A DNA stretch of 35,606 nt from an uncultured archaeon (GCA_964535725.1 CAZHUN010000009.1:1-35606), one strand, 5' to 3'. Numbered from the stretch's first letter, positions 14,904-24,334 are shown. Numbers and translations are program-made. Notes: generated from the letters alone by a model not told the origin.

Positions 14904-15290
14904 TCACGTCTTTTTTCCGCGATCTCGTTTTTTTCTCCGCGTTCCGTCGTGTGGAACCGGAGTCACGTTCTCGATATTTCTAATCCGCAGCCCTTGCCGC
15001 GTCAAGCTTCGAATGGCGGCTTCTGCCCCTTGTCCGGGGTTTTTCGAACGAATTCCGCCTTGTCCGCGCACGCGCACTTCGATTTCCGAAATTCCCTTTT
15101 CGCGCGCTTTAACCGCTACGATTTCCGCGACTTTCATGGCCGCGTACGGAGAACCTTCCTTGTGTTGCGACTTGACGACCATTCCGCCCGAACACTTGGC
15201 AATGGTTTCCGCCCCTGTCGGGTCGGTCAAGAGAATAATGGTGTCGTTGTGCGAGGCGTAAATGTGGACGATGCCCAATTTTCCGGTCAT
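14904..15290 (-). CDS. rps11: 30S ribosomal protein S11
   Basis: GIVHIYASHNDTII..TD.TGAE...CSGG...PYAAM. ATGA overlap with S4. Confidence 0.93.
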   Translation of the reverse strand: MTGKLGIVHIYASHNDTIILLTDPTGAETIAKCSGGMVVKSQHKEGSPYAAMKVAEIVAVKAREKGISEIEVRVRGQGGIRSKNPGQGAEAAIRSLTRQGLRIRNIENVTPVPHDGTRRKKRDRGKKT

Positions 15291-15856
15291 TCTTTCGCCT
15301 CGATGGTTTTTTCTTCAGGGTTGACTTCTTCAAACATTTTCTTCTTGTCCTTTTTTTCTGGAACGTGAATGCTCAAATCAATGGGCTTTCCATACATGGC
15401 GATTTCGTTTTCAAATTTTTTGGGAACCAAATATCCGGGAGCGCTGACTTTCTTTCCCGCAATTCCAACGTGGCCGTGCACGACCAATTGCCGTGCTTGG
15501 TTGGCGGTAAACGCCAATCCTTTTCGCAATGCAAGGGTTTGCAACCTTCGTTCCAACAAATCTTTTTCTTTCAGTCCCAGCACATCGTCCAAGGTGGCGT
15601 TTTCGTTCAAAATTCCCAATTGTTGCAGTCCGCCAAGCAATTCTTGCTTGCGCTGTTCGCGGTCTTTCGAACCTTCGGCCAGCAACTTTCGCGCCATTCT
15701 GCGCTTGTCCCTCAAAATGGTTTGCGAGCGCCAGATCTCGCGCATGTTCTTCAACCCGTATTCTTCCAGTGTTTTTCTGTCCCGCGCGATGCGCTCGGCA
15801 TCCCACACTTTTTTCGGCTTTTCAAACTGTTTGTGTTTTTTTCGAGGGTCGCCCAT
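15287..15856 (-). CDS. rps4: 30S ribosomal protein S4
   Basis: MGDPRKKHKQFEKP..W; RRLQTLALRKGLA.T..QARQLVVHGH (S4 domain). Confidence 0.93.
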   Translation of the reverse strand: MGDPRKKHKQFEKPKKVWDAERIARDRKTLEEYGLKNMREIWRSQTILRDKRRMARKLLAEGSKDREQRKQELLGGLQQLGILNENATLDDVLGLKEKDLLERRLQTLALRKGLAFTANQARQLVVHGHVGIAGKKVSAPGYLVPKKFENEIAMYGKPIDLSIHVPEKKDKKKMFEEVNPEEKTIEAKE

Positions 15857-15862
15857 TGTTAT

Positions 15863-16384
15863 TCACTTCTTTTCCTTGGCCGGTTCTGCCTTTTTAGCAG
15901 GAGCAGCGGCTGCCTTGGCATCTTTCTTGACGACTCCGACAATGCTTCCCCTTTTGCGGAAACTGCTTCTCGTGCGCTGTCCGCGGACCGGCAAGCCGTA
16001 CATGTGCCTGACTCCCTTATAGGACTTGATTTTTTTCATGCGCTCCAAGTCTTTGCGCAAGTCGAAATCCAAATCGTTCATGACATGGTGTAGAGAGGTT
16101 CCGCTTTCGACTTCTGCCTTGCGGTTCAACATCCATTGCGGAATGCCGTTCGCTTCCGGGTGCAAAATAATGTCTTCCAATCTTTTGTCCAAATCTTCGG
16201 GCAAGTTTCCGATTTTTTCTTCGTGGGAAAAATTGTACTTTTGTTCGAAACACGTAGAAATGCTTTTGGCCATTCGTTGTCCAACGCCTTTGATGGATTG
16301 CAAGCTTCTTTCCACTGGTAAATTTCCGTCCAAATCTTTGCCCATGATTCTGACAATCAACCGGATTTCTTTTAGTTCCGTCAT
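15863..16384 (-). CDS. rps13: 30S ribosomal protein S13
   Basis: SIKGVGQRMA...YKGVRH..GLPVRGQRTR. Confidence 0.93.
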   Translation of the reverse strand: MTELKEIRLIVRIMGKDLDGNLPVERSLQSIKGVGQRMAKSISTCFEQKYNFSHEEKIGNLPEDLDKRLEDIILHPEANGIPQWMLNRKAEVESGTSLHHVMNDLDFDLRKDLERMKKIKSYKGVRHMYGLPVRGQRTRSSFRKRGSIVGVVKKDAKAAAAPAKKAEPAKEKK

Positions 16385-16608
16385 TCGCTTCCCTTCAATG
16401 CGTTTGCAATATCCTCATGCGACGCGCTCTTCGAAACGTGCACTTTTTGCTCGGTAGGATAGAGATGGTGGATGTTGCATGCTTTGCGTTTTACAAAAAC
16501 GCCTTCTACCACTGCTTTGCCGTCTTTCAATTCCAATACAACGACTTTTTGTCCCGCGTTTCTTCCCTGCATTTTCACACAAACCCTTCCCGTTTCCAGC
16601 AAACTCAT
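16381..16608 (-). CDS. rpl14e: 50S ribosomal protein L14e
   Basis: 75 aa KOW-type protein (GRVCVKMQGRNAGQKVVVLE). ATG 16608 has SD GGGTGGAG and an ATGA overlap with the L34e stop. Confidence 0.85.
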   Translation of the reverse strand: MSLLETGRVCVKMQGRNAGQKVVVLELKDGKAVVEGVFVKRKACNIHHLYPTEQKVHVSKSASHEDIANALKGSE

Positions 16609-16940
16609 GTCTCCACCCTCAACAACTGTTGCACGTACGGTTTCAATTTCAAATCCACTTCGTTCAACGGCTTGGCGTTTGATTGCACTTGCAAACAATC
16701 TTCCAACGCGTTTTTCCTGCACGACTGGCATAATTGTCCGGCAAACAATGCCGTGGGTCGTTTGGAAGTTTTGGACATGCTTCGTTCTTCGAACGCGCGT
16801 TTTCCGTGCGGCATGCCGTGTAGTATCGTCGAGCAAACCGAGCACGTGCGTTTCGAAGACTTTTTTTCTTTTACCGCAATCTTGCTTCCGGAAACGGTTT
16901 TCCGGTGCACTCGTTTCTTCCAACGGTCTTTCGGTTTCAT
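16605..16940 (-). CDS. rpl34e: 50S ribosomal protein L34e
   Basis: RVHRKTVSG......KKSSKRTCSVCSTILHGMPHGK...SKTSKRPTALFAGQLC..C. ATGA overlap with the upstream gene's stop. Confidence 0.85.
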   Translation of the reverse strand: MKPKDRWKKRVHRKTVSGSKIAVKEKKSSKRTCSVCSTILHGMPHGKRAFEERSMSKTSKRPTALFAGQLCQSCRKNALEDCLQVQSNAKPLNEVDLKLKPYVQQLLRVET

Positions 16941-17413
16941 GCTTTTTTCTCCAATTGTCCAATCAACGCGCTCAATATCAGCGCGAATACGAGCGAGCAC
17001 AGCACATACCATCCCACCCAGTTTGTCGTTGTCGCCCAATACAATCCTTGGCCGTCGAACCAAGGAATGGCGAATGGGAGAGAAATGATGGTTTCGCCAT
17101 ACAGATATCCAATCGCTGCAAACGGGGGAAGGAAGATGGCCATGGAAACAATCATTTGTTTGGGCATTCCTTCCATGCTTTTTCCGAGCAATCGCATCAT
17201 TTCTTTTTGGATTTCTTCTGCTTTTTTTTGCGAAGCCGAATCTCCTTTTTTCATCAACTCGTTCAATTCTTTTTGCTTTTCTTTCATTTCTTTCTGGCGA
17301 GCCATTTGTCCCTTTCTGTCAAAGAACTTGTATTGCAGCCATTGTGAAACAAGTGCAAGCACGAACGCGTACAGCGCAATGTCCACGATGGGCGATACGA
17401 TAACAAAACTCAC
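16937..17413 (-). CDS. DUF106/EMC3-like membrane protein (archaeal YidC/Oxa1-type insertase candidate)
   Basis: TM segment, then a K/E-rich coiled coil (QKEMKEKQKELNELMKK...), then two further TM segments. Sits at the conserved position after secY. Start preferred at GTG 17413 (SD AAGGTGA 7 nt upstream); TTG 17446 is the alternative. Confidence 0.75.
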   Translation of the reverse strand: MSFVIVSPIVDIALYAFVLALVSQWLQYKFFDRKGQMARQKEMKEKQKELNELMKKGDSASQKKAEEIQKEMMRLLGKSMEGMPKQMIVSMAIFLPPFAAIGYLYGETIISLPFAIPWFDGQGLYWATTTNWVGWYVLCSLVFALILSALIGQLEKKA

Positions 17414-17534
17414 GATTGGCTCACCTTGTACTGCGCTCCTCTCCAAACGAGAAACGCTTCGGCAACCGGAACTCGAGAAAAAGCTGCCTTTCTACTGGTT
17501 ATTGCGGCAAAACCTTTATATTCCTGCATTTTGG

Positions 17535-18920
17535 TCATCCCAAAAACTTTTTCACCCACGGGTGCATGTCTTCGATTTGCTGGCGCGCCAGCTCTTCGTA
17601 CATTCTATACACGATTCCAACCGTCAGCAACACTCCGGTTCCAGAAACGAGGTTTCCGGCAATCAAGTCGGAAAACCCGGCAAGTAAGCCTACTAACAGC
17701 GAGCCCAAAATCGTGAGCGGAGGAATATACCGTTCCAACACGCTTTCGATGATTCGAGGATCGCGGCGAAAGCCGGGAATGTACATGCCTGCGCGTTGGA
17801 GTTGGTTGGACACGGCTTCCGTTCCTTGGCCGCCCAATTCGACCCAAAATTTTCCAAACACGACACACAATACAACGAGCAGTAGAACGAATACGGCCGC
17901 GTGTCCGAGTTCGAACATGACGGTGTTCGAAAATCCTTGCGAAAAAATGGCTTGCAACAAGGGCTGGCCGGAAACATTGGGAATTTGCGTCGCCCACGCC
18001 ATTCCGCCAATCACTTGGCCAATGTAGGCGGTCTTTCCCGCAATCGCGTTCAAAATTTGAATATTGGCGAATAAGGCAGCAGCTAAAATGACGGGCATGT
18101 TCGAAACGTACAATAGTTTGACGGGAAACCTTCCTCCCATGGCCTTGGTTCCCATGGCCACGGGAATGTTGACGTGGATTCCTTCTGCGTATGTGATGAG
18201 GAGAAAAATCAGCAATACGAACAACAGTGGAATCAAGTTGGCCAAAAATACAATCATTTGTCCGGCACCGATGTTGTTGGCCAGTACAAAAATAAGTCCG
18301 CCTGTGGGGTCCTGGAATCCGAGCGGAGGTCGGAACACTTGCCAGAGAAAACTTCCCGTAACTCCGGCGGCAATAAACAGTCCGATTCCGGAGCCGATTC
18401 CATACCGCGATACCACTTCGTCCAAAAAGATGACAATAATTGCCCCTAAAACGATTTGCAAGATGACCCAAAATGCCATGCCGGGAAGCACGGGCACGAG
18501 CGAGTTGGCGAAAATTCCAAACCCGACATACGCGCCGCCTTCGAAAAATGCGATGACGATGGCGAGCAGTTTTTGCATGCTCGTAAATTTTGCCCTGTCT
18601 TTGGGATTGCTCAAGTCAATGTCGATCAATTTTCCGCCGACGAGCAATTGCAATACAATGGATGCGAGGACGATGGGGCCGATTCCTAACGTAATCAAAG
18701 TTCCCAAGTTCGAGGCGAGAATGTATTGGATGGCCTGCAGTTGGGAAAACGAGGCAGCTGCACTGTTAATGCCAATCAAATTGATTTCGCCGAGGATGAA
18801 GTAGATAATGAGTACGACTGCAGTCCACATCAATCGTGTGCGGAGTACGGGTTTTTGTTCCGGAGTTCTGACTTCGGGAAGCCATTTGAAAGCGGGTTCA
18901 AAATAGTCCAGAAAACTCAT
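17535..18920 (-). CDS. secY: preprotein translocase subunit SecY
   Basis: 461 aa, 10-TM profile, canonical position after L15. Confidence 0.93.
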   Translation of the reverse strand: MSFLDYFEPAFKWLPEVRTPEQKPVLRTRLMWTAVVLIIYFILGEINLIGINSAAASFSQLQAIQYILASNLGTLITLGIGPIVLASIVLQLLVGGKLIDIDLSNPKDRAKFTSMQKLLAIVIAFFEGGAYVGFGIFANSLVPVLPGMAFWVILQIVLGAIIVIFLDEVVSRYGIGSGIGLFIAAGVTGSFLWQVFRPPLGFQDPTGGLIFVLANNIGAGQMIVFLANLIPLLFVLLIFLLITYAEGIHVNIPVAMGTKAMGGRFPVKLLYVSNMPVILAAALFANIQILNAIAGKTAYIGQVIGGMAWATQIPNVSGQPLLQAIFSQGFSNTVMFELGHAAVFVLLLVVLCVVFGKFWVELGGQGTEAVSNQLQRAGMYIPGFRRDPRIIESVLERYIPPLTILGSLLVGLLAGFSDLIAGNLVSGTGVLLTVGIVYRMYEELARQQIEDMHPWVKKFLG

Positions 18921-19342
18921 GTACTGTCCACCACTTCGCCGCCCGCTTCTTCGATTTTTTCCCTTGCTTTCTTGCTCACTTGAATGCCTTTCAACACGAT
19001 TTCGTCTTCGATTTTTCCCGAAGACAAAATTTTTCGGACTCCGATTTTTTCTCCCACCAATTCATAGACTCCGTCTTTTTCGTCGACTTTTTTTTCCGCT
19101 TTCCATCGAGCAAGCATTTTTTGGACAAAAGTCAAATCGACTGCTTTTCCGGCTTGGAATTTCGGCTTCAACCTGATTTTCACTCCAAAATCGGCATAGT
19201 AGAGGCTGAACTTGTGCTTGTGGCTTCCAGCGCGTCCTTTTCCGCCCGAAATTCCCGAACCGCGGCGGTTTTTGGTATTCCCATGACCGTGGGTGCGGTT
19301 TCCGCGCATGCGGTGCTTTTTTCGACGCGTTCTGACTGTCAT
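18917..19342 (-). CDS. rpl15: 50S ribosomal protein L15
   Basis: RRKKHRMRGNRTHGHGNTKNRRGSG..GGKG.AG. Start set at ATG 19342. Confidence 0.92.
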   Translation of the reverse strand: MTVRTRRKKHRMRGNRTHGHGNTKNRRGSGISGGKGRAGSHKHKFSLYYADFGVKIRLKPKFQAGKAVDLTFVQKMLARWKAEKKVDEKDGVYELVGEKIGVRKILSSGKIEDEIVLKGIQVSKKAREKIEEAGGEVVDST

Positions 19343-19413
19343 AATAGACACCTTCTATAGGAAACTACGTTTCCTAATCCCTTCCTTAAATTTTGAACTT
19401 CCCTTTTGCATAA
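19343..19413 (-). promoter_or_regulatory. conserved intergenic leader element, long form (upstream of rpl15)
   Basis: Gene-sense: TTATGCAAAAGGGAAGTTCAAAATTTAAGGAAGGGATTAGGAAACGTAGTTTCCTATAGAAGGTGTCTATT-ATG. Confidence 0.8.
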
Positions 19414-19875
19414 CTACGCCATCTTCCCGATCAATTCATTGATTTTTTCTTTTCTATCGCCCCATACTCCGCCCGCATTGTATCCGGTTTTGATGCCCTT
19501 GCGTTCGAATCCTTTTTTGGGAGGGTGCAAGCGAAACACCGGCTTGACTGCAAAATCTGCCAACTTTTTCTTTCCCGCAAGCACTTCTTTGGCAAGTTCT
19601 TCAACGCCTTTAAGCTTGTGTTGTTTGAAAAATGCTTCGTCCAACTTTTTGTCTCCCGTTGTTTTCCCCCGTTTTTGCAATGCATGCGCAAACATTTCTT
19701 CGCTGATGGTTCCATAGGTAATGTACGGATTGGCCTTGAACAAGCTTCCGCGCACGCTCTCGTTGTCGGCAACGACCACCATTTGGTTGCACGCGCGCAG
19801 TCTCAATCGTTCTAACGTCTCTTGCACGTCGCCGGGCATGCCAATGCTTCCCCGAGTTCGAATCACAGCGAGCAT
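19414..19875 (-). CDS. rpl30: 50S ribosomal protein L30
   Basis: MLAVIRTRGSIGMPGDVQETLERLRL... Confidence 0.9.
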   Translation of the reverse strand: MLAVIRTRGSIGMPGDVQETLERLRLRACNQMVVVADNESVRGSLFKANPYITYGTISEEMFAHALQKRGKTTGDKKLDEAFFKQHKLKGVEELAKEVLAGKKKLADFAVKPVFRLHPPKKGFERKGIKTGYNAGGVWGDRKEKINELIGKMA

Positions 19876-20595
19876 TTACATTTTCTCCATTTTCGCTTTC
19901 AAATCGTCCGACAGTTTGATGTTTTGCGTATTGTGCAATGCATTGATGGTCGCGCGCACGAAATTCAATTTTGTTCCCGTGCTTCCGCTCGTGCGGCTCC
20001 ACACGTCTGTGACTCCGGCCATACGCACTACGTCGCGCACGTTGTGTCCTACAACAAGTCCTACTCCTTTGGGCGCGGGCAAGAGTTCGATTTCAACTGA
20101 AGCACATTTTCCTTTCACTTTGAACGGAACACTGTGTGCGGTTCGGCACATGCATTCCCAACTTCCACACCCTCGTTTGACGGATTTCATGCGCAGTTTC
20201 GCGGCATCAGTCGCTTTGCGAATGGCGGGAAAACGTTCTCGGTCTTTAGCCACGCCAATGCCGATGTGGCCATTGTTGTCTCCCACAACCACCGAGGCGC
20301 GAAAACTAAAGCTTCTTCCTTGTCTTGTTACGCGCGTGGTCTTGGAAAAGTCGACCAATTTTTCTTCCAATTGCGGAAACAGTTTGTTGACGATTTGCGG
20401 TTCGAGCAATGGCATTCCGGATTTCATGGCTTGTTCGAACGTGGTAATTTCTTCAGCAATCACTTTTTTTCCCAATTCCGTCTTTGGAATCCAATCTAAT
20501 TGCGCTTTTTCTCTTCGTTCGGTTTCGCGCGCGTCGTCGCGTCCCCTGCGCTTTCGATCTCCTTTTTTCGGAGTTTTTGCTTTTTTCAAAACCAT
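19876..20595 (-). CDS. rps5: 30S ribosomal protein S5
   Basis: VTRQGRSFSFRASVVVGDNNGHIGIGVAK and LLPAPKGVGLV motifs. Confidence 0.93.
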   Translation of the reverse strand: MVLKKAKTPKKGDRKRRGRDDARETERREKAQLDWIPKTELGKKVIAEEITTFEQAMKSGMPLLEPQIVNKLFPQLEEKLVDFSKTTRVTRQGRSFSFRASVVVGDNNGHIGIGVAKDRERFPAIRKATDAAKLRMKSVKRGCGSWECMCRTAHSVPFKVKGKCASVEIELLPAPKGVGLVVGHNVRDVVRMAGVTDVWSRTSGSTGTKLNFVRATINALHNTQNIKLSDDLKAKMEKM

Positions 20596-20599
20596 ATCA

Positions 20600-21163
20600 T
20601 TACTTCCTTTCCACTGGATTAGCGTCCAATGCCTTTTTCACGTGTTCCATGAGTTCGGAAACATTGGCGCTGCTTTTCGAAAACCGGTTGCTTCCTTTCG
20701 CTTTTTCGGCAAACGCTTCGATGTGCTTTCCGTGCAGTCTCTCATTCGAAGGAAACGCTTTTTCGTTGTGGGGAATTTTCAATCCGCCGTCGACCGCCCC
20801 CTTCAACACTGAAAAAATCCTTCCCCCGTGCACGGGAGTGCGCATACCCATATCCAGAACGGCTTCCGCTTCTCCTTGTTGCAAGGCTTGCTTGGCCAGC
20901 CAATATCCGGTCAAATAGCACGCGGGCAGATTCCTTCCGCTTCCCTTCCATCCAAAGTCTGCCAATTTTTTGGAAAACACGGAAACAATCGCTTCGTCTC
21001 CTTCTGGTTTATACTTCACCAATTGGCAGCGCACGAACTGGTTGGAAAGTCGAACTACCATTCTCGGGCGTTTGGTTTTCAACAATGCCAGGCGTTTTTC
21101 GTAGTCTGTCTTTTGTTCGCGCCTGCGCCTGAACTTCACTTCAAATGTGGACGTGTGGGACAT
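20600..21163 (-). CDS. rpl18: 50S ribosomal protein L18 (L5e family)
   Basis: FRRRREQKTDYEKRL.LL...PRMVVR.SN..V.CQ. Confidence 0.92.
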   Translation of the reverse strand: MSHTSTFEVKFRRRREQKTDYEKRLALLKTKRPRMVVRLSNQFVRCQLVKYKPEGDEAIVSVFSKKLADFGWKGSGRNLPACYLTGYWLAKQALQQGEAEAVLDMGMRTPVHGGRIFSVLKGAVDGGLKIPHNEKAFPSNERLHGKHIEAFAEKAKGSNRFSKSSANVSELMEHVKKALDANPVERK

Positions 21164-21164
21164 G

Positions 21165-21608
21165 TTATTCCTCCAACCCTTTCAAGACAGCAGTCTCCAG
21201 CTGTTTTTTTCCCTTGAAATAATTTCCTTTGATAAGCTTGTAAAACCGCGGGTATTGGTCGACCTTGACTTTTCCTTCTTTTTGCAACCGTTTCAATGTA
21301 CGGCGCAACGCGCGCACGTTTTGAATCCACCGTTTCCGCGTTTCCGCGCGCGCTTTCCAGCTTCCCTTGCGGCTTCCAAAACCCTTTTTTCTGCCTTTGC
21401 GCTTTTGTCCTTTCAACTTTCTCGCGCGTCCGGCACTGACTCCGATTTTGGGCGCTTTTCGGATAACGCCTTCTCCAATGAGTCCGCGAATATCTTCCTT
21501 GGTAATGGCTTCGACTGCCTTGTCAACGCGTTGCGGGTCAATCTTCACGCGCGAAACTCCCACTTTCAAAATTCGTGCCGCGTTTCGTTTTACACTTTCC
21601 AATCTCAT
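21165..21608 (-). CDS. rpl19e: 50S ribosomal protein L19e
   Basis: RILKVGVSRVKIDP and GRKKGFGSRKG motifs. Confidence 0.92.
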   Translation of the reverse strand: MRLESVKRNAARILKVGVSRVKIDPQRVDKAVEAITKEDIRGLIGEGVIRKAPKIGVSAGRARKLKGQKRKGRKKGFGSRKGSWKARAETRKRWIQNVRALRRTLKRLQKEGKVKVDQYPRFYKLIKGNYFKGKKQLETAVLKGLEE

Positions 21609-21612
21609 AATC

Positions 21613-22017
21613 TCAACCGTTCAAAACTTTGATTCCTTTTTCTTCCGCTTTCACGACAATGGCTTCGCGTTTTTTCGCGCCCACGGTTCCGGCAATCAGA
21701 CACGCTTGTCCGTCCGTCAATTCCTGCAATTCGTGCACGTTGTGCACGAGAACGGTTTCAAACCCGGAAGGGTGCAAGTGTTTAACAGCTTTTGGAGTTC
21801 CGTATCCCGGTTTCGGCCAAGCGCCGTCGTTGTTCGTGCGTTGGATATCAATGCCGCGCGGTTTGCGCCACTTTTGCCACTTGGGCTTGGAAATGTTGCG
21901 AATGCTCTTCTTTCCCCATCTTCCGCGAAAGTTCGGCTTGTGCTTTTTCCCTTTCAGCAGCGCCTGCGCTTTCTGCACGCGGGCGGATTTTTTTGGGCGT
22001 TTCGCTTCTGCCATCAT
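21613..22017 (-). CDS. rpl32e: 50S ribosomal protein L32e
   Basis: KPNFRGRWGKK..R...KWQKWRKPRGIDI; HPSGFE.VLVHNV.EL. Confidence 0.92.
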   Translation of the reverse strand: MMAEAKRPKKSARVQKAQALLKGKKHKPNFRGRWGKKSIRNISKPKWQKWRKPRGIDIQRTNNDGAWPKPGYGTPKAVKHLHPSGFETVLVHNVHELQELTDGQACLIAGTVGAKKREAIVVKAEEKGIKVLNG

Positions 22018-22532
22018 GCTTCACCTTTCGAAACAAGATAGATTCCGTCTTGGTAGATGCGGTTGTCCTTGTTCTTCACTTTTGCAACCCGTTCAATGTT
22101 GGCCGTCGTCTGTCCGACCGCTTCCTTGTCGTGTCCTTTCACTGTAATGTCTTTTCCTTTAATGTCCACTTGCGTGCTTCCAACGATTTTGGCAAAACGC
22201 GGTTTTTTGCTTCCCAAAAAATTGTTCACTTCCACGTTGCCTTCTTTCTTGTTCACTGTCATGGGAAAGTGCGAGTAAACGATTTGCATCTTGTATTCGA
22301 AAAATTTTGAACATCCCTTCAACATGTTGCGGCAGTGCGCGGCAAATGTATTCAGTTCTCTCTTCGCAGTCTTCGACTCGTCTTGGGGCGACAGCAACAG
22401 TTTTCCTTCTTTCACTTCGGCTTTCACTTGCACGGGAATCTGTCGTTCAATCTTCGCTCCGCTGCCTTCGGCACAAACTTTTCCGTTCGACACGACGACC
22501 GTCACTTTTTCCGGAATCTCTATTTCTTCCAT
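22014..22532 (-). CDS. rpl6: 50S ribosomal protein L6
   Basis: Two-domain L6 pattern (IEIPEKVTV....GKV...G; YSHFPM). Start set at ATG 22532 after GGTGTCTAT. Confidence 0.9.
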   Translation of the reverse strand: MEEIEIPEKVTVVVSNGKVCAEGSGAKIERQIPVQVKAEVKEGKLLLSPQDESKTAKRELNTFAAHCRNMLKGCSKFFEYKMQIVYSHFPMTVNKKEGNVEVNNFLGSKKPRFAKIVGSTQVDIKGKDITVKGHDKEAVGQTTANIERVAKVKNKDNRIYQDGIYLVSKGEA

Positions 22533-22569
22533 ATAGACACCTGCGGTTTCTATTACTTCCCTTTCAGTC
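22533..22569 (-). promoter_or_regulatory. conserved intergenic leader element, short form (upstream of rpl6)
   Basis: Gene-sense: GACTGAAAGGGAAGTAATAGAAACCGCAGGTGTCTAT-ATG. Confidence 0.75.
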
Positions 22570-22962
22570 TCAGTATACAAATGCGAGCAAGCGTCCTCCA
22601 CTTCCCATTTTTTTCGCCTCGCGATGCGAAACGACTCCTTTGGGAGTGCTGACGATCAAAATTCCCACGTCCATCGAAGGCAAATACCTTTTTTCGAACT
22701 TTTCAAACCCGTCTCGTTTCACGGCATAGCGCGGTTTTACTACTTTACACTCGTTGATTTTTCCCGCCAATGCGATATTGAATACCGCACGCGGGCCGTC
22801 TTGCGCGGCTTCGAACTTTTGAATGTAACCGTTTTCTTGCAATACACGCAAAATTTCTTTCAATAGTTTGGATGCTGGCTTGACCGTGCAGATGTTTTTT
22901 TGCGCGCGTTCGTTGTTTTTCAAGCTCGTCAGCGCGTCCGATACCGGGTCGAATAATGTCAT
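22570..22962 (-). CDS. rps8: 30S ribosomal protein S8
   Basis: DPVSDALTSLKNNERA...; VSTPKGVVSHREA...G.GGRLLAFVY. Confidence 0.93.
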   Translation of the reverse strand: MTLFDPVSDALTSLKNNERAQKNICTVKPASKLLKEILRVLQENGYIQKFEAAQDGPRAVFNIALAGKINECKVVKPRYAVKRDGFEKFEKRYLPSMDVGILIVSTPKGVVSHREAKKMGSGGRLLAFVY

Positions 22963-22973
22963 CTTTTTTTCAC

Positions 22974-23132
22974 CTAACTGAATTTCTTAAACCCCAACTG
23001 TTCTGCAAATTCTTTGAAACAACGCCGGCAAAGGTTGATGCCATACCGGTGCACCATTCCCTTGTTGTTGTGGCAGTTCTTGCAATAGCGTGCCATTTCT
23101 TTCTTCTTTTTTTCCGAAGTCTTGTCTTTCAT
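22974..23132 (-). CDS. rps14: 30S ribosomal protein S14 (zinc type, 52 aa)
   Basis: Not in the ORF track (<60 aa). My translation: MKDKTSEKKKKEMARYCKNCHNNKGMVHRYGINLCRRCFKEFAEQLGFKKFS, with a CxxC...CxxC motif. ATGA overlap with the L5 stop. Confidence 0.88.
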   Translation of the reverse strand: MKDKTSEKKKKEMARYCKNCHNNKGMVHRYGINLCRRCFKEFAEQLGFKKFS

Positions 23133-23626
23133 TGCACTTCCACTCCAAACTGTTGTTGCACAAACGCTGTGGTTTCTTCTTTGGAAATGATGTGTTTTTT
23201 TCCGACCTTGCTTTGTTTGAGCTTGCGCCTTTTCACGCGGTATCCGGGCTTTTCTAGCGTAACCAAAACATCGAATCCTTTGATGCCGAGTTTTGGATCG
23301 TATTTGGCTCCGGGCAAGTCAATGTATTCTTTGATTCCAAAGCCGAAGTTTCCCCACTTGTCGATGCTGCTTGCCTTCAGTTTTTTGTCTTTGGCGTGAA
23401 ACGCTTTTTCCAAAAATTGGATTGCCGGCTTTCCGCGCAGCGTGACTTTCACTCCAATGGGCAATCCTTCTCTCAATCCCCAGGTGGGAATCTTGCTCAC
23501 GCTCACCGTTTGCACGGGCTTTCTGTCCGTCAATCGTTTCAAGATTTCTTCCGCCTTTTTGAGCTCGTCGCCGGCCTGTCCTACCCCCATGTTGATGGTG
23601 ACTTTTTCCACACGCACTTGTTTCAT
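23129..23626 (-). CDS. rpl5: 50S ribosomal protein L5
   Basis: KVTINMGVG..G....KA; GNFGFGIKE.IDLPG.KYDP..GI.G.DV. Confidence 0.93.
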   Translation of the reverse strand: MKQVRVEKVTINMGVGQAGDELKKAEEILKRLTDRKPVQTVSVSKIPTWGLREGLPIGVKVTLRGKPAIQFLEKAFHAKDKKLKASSIDKWGNFGFGIKEYIDLPGAKYDPKLGIKGFDVLVTLEKPGYRVKRRKLKQSKVGKKHIISKEETTAFVQQQFGVEVQ

Positions 23627-24330
23627 GCTTTCACGCTCTTTTCGTCAACGACAAACGCGTTGTCTTTCGTTGTTTGGAAGTCTTTTCCGTTCAACTTTAG
23701 GGTCAACAGCGAAGGCTTTCGAAAGCTGCCAAGAACAATGTCGACAATTTGTGCATACTCTCCCTTGTGCTGTCCGCCTGTGAGCAAAGTGTGCGCTCCT
23801 TTTTCGAGGGGAAGAATTTCCACGATTTTGTGCGCGGGCACTTCCACTTTCAAAGAGTCTCCCACGTTCGCTTTGGTCTTGTCTTGCACATACTGGCTTC
23901 CGTCGTTTGCTGACAGTAAAATTTTTCCGCCTTTGACGGTCTTTTTGGCGACAATCTTGCACAATTTGACGTTTCCTTTTGCTTTCTCTTCTTCTCCAAC
24001 CAATCTTCCTTGCTTGTCCAACACCATCTTGTACTTTTGCGCCGACTTGGGAAACTCGACAATGTCAAACAATCCGATTCCGAACTGCACGCTTTTGCGC
24101 TGTTTTCCATCCACTAAAACATCCCCGTTCCGGCAAATGGCTTTTGCTTCGCGCATGTTTCCTGCCACGTTCAACAAATCCCGCAACACCACTCCCAAGG
24201 AAACGCTTTCCTGCTTGGGGTGCGTGCCTGGCTTCATCGCAACTACAAATACCTTCCGCTTGCGCTGTATCTTTTGAATCGGCGGCGCGCTGATGCGCTT
24301 TTGCGTGGTACGGTTTCCTTTTTTTGTCAT
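23623..24330 (-). CDS. rps4e: 30S ribosomal protein S4e
   Basis: 235 aa with an S4 domain plus KOW (LRD.L..A.N.REAK.I...G.VLVDGK). Confidence 0.92.
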   Translation of the reverse strand: MTKKGNRTTQKRISAPPIQKIQRKRKVFVVAMKPGTHPKQESVSLGVVLRDLLNVAGNMREAKAICRNGDVLVDGKQRKSVQFGIGLFDIVEFPKSAQKYKMVLDKQGRLVGEEEKAKGNVKLCKIVAKKTVKGGKILLSANDGSQYVQDKTKANVGDSLKVEVPAHKIVEILPLEKGAHTLLTGGQHKGEYAQIVDIVLGSFRKPSLLTLKLNGKDFQTTKDNAFVVDEKSVKA

Positions 24331-24334
24331 AATA

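Noticed and set aside
17513-17524. GGAATATAAAGG as a promoter for the DUF106 gene.
   Set aside because: It lies 70-105 nt from either candidate start and immediately after secY within an operon. No supporting feature is seen, and read-through from secY is equally likely.
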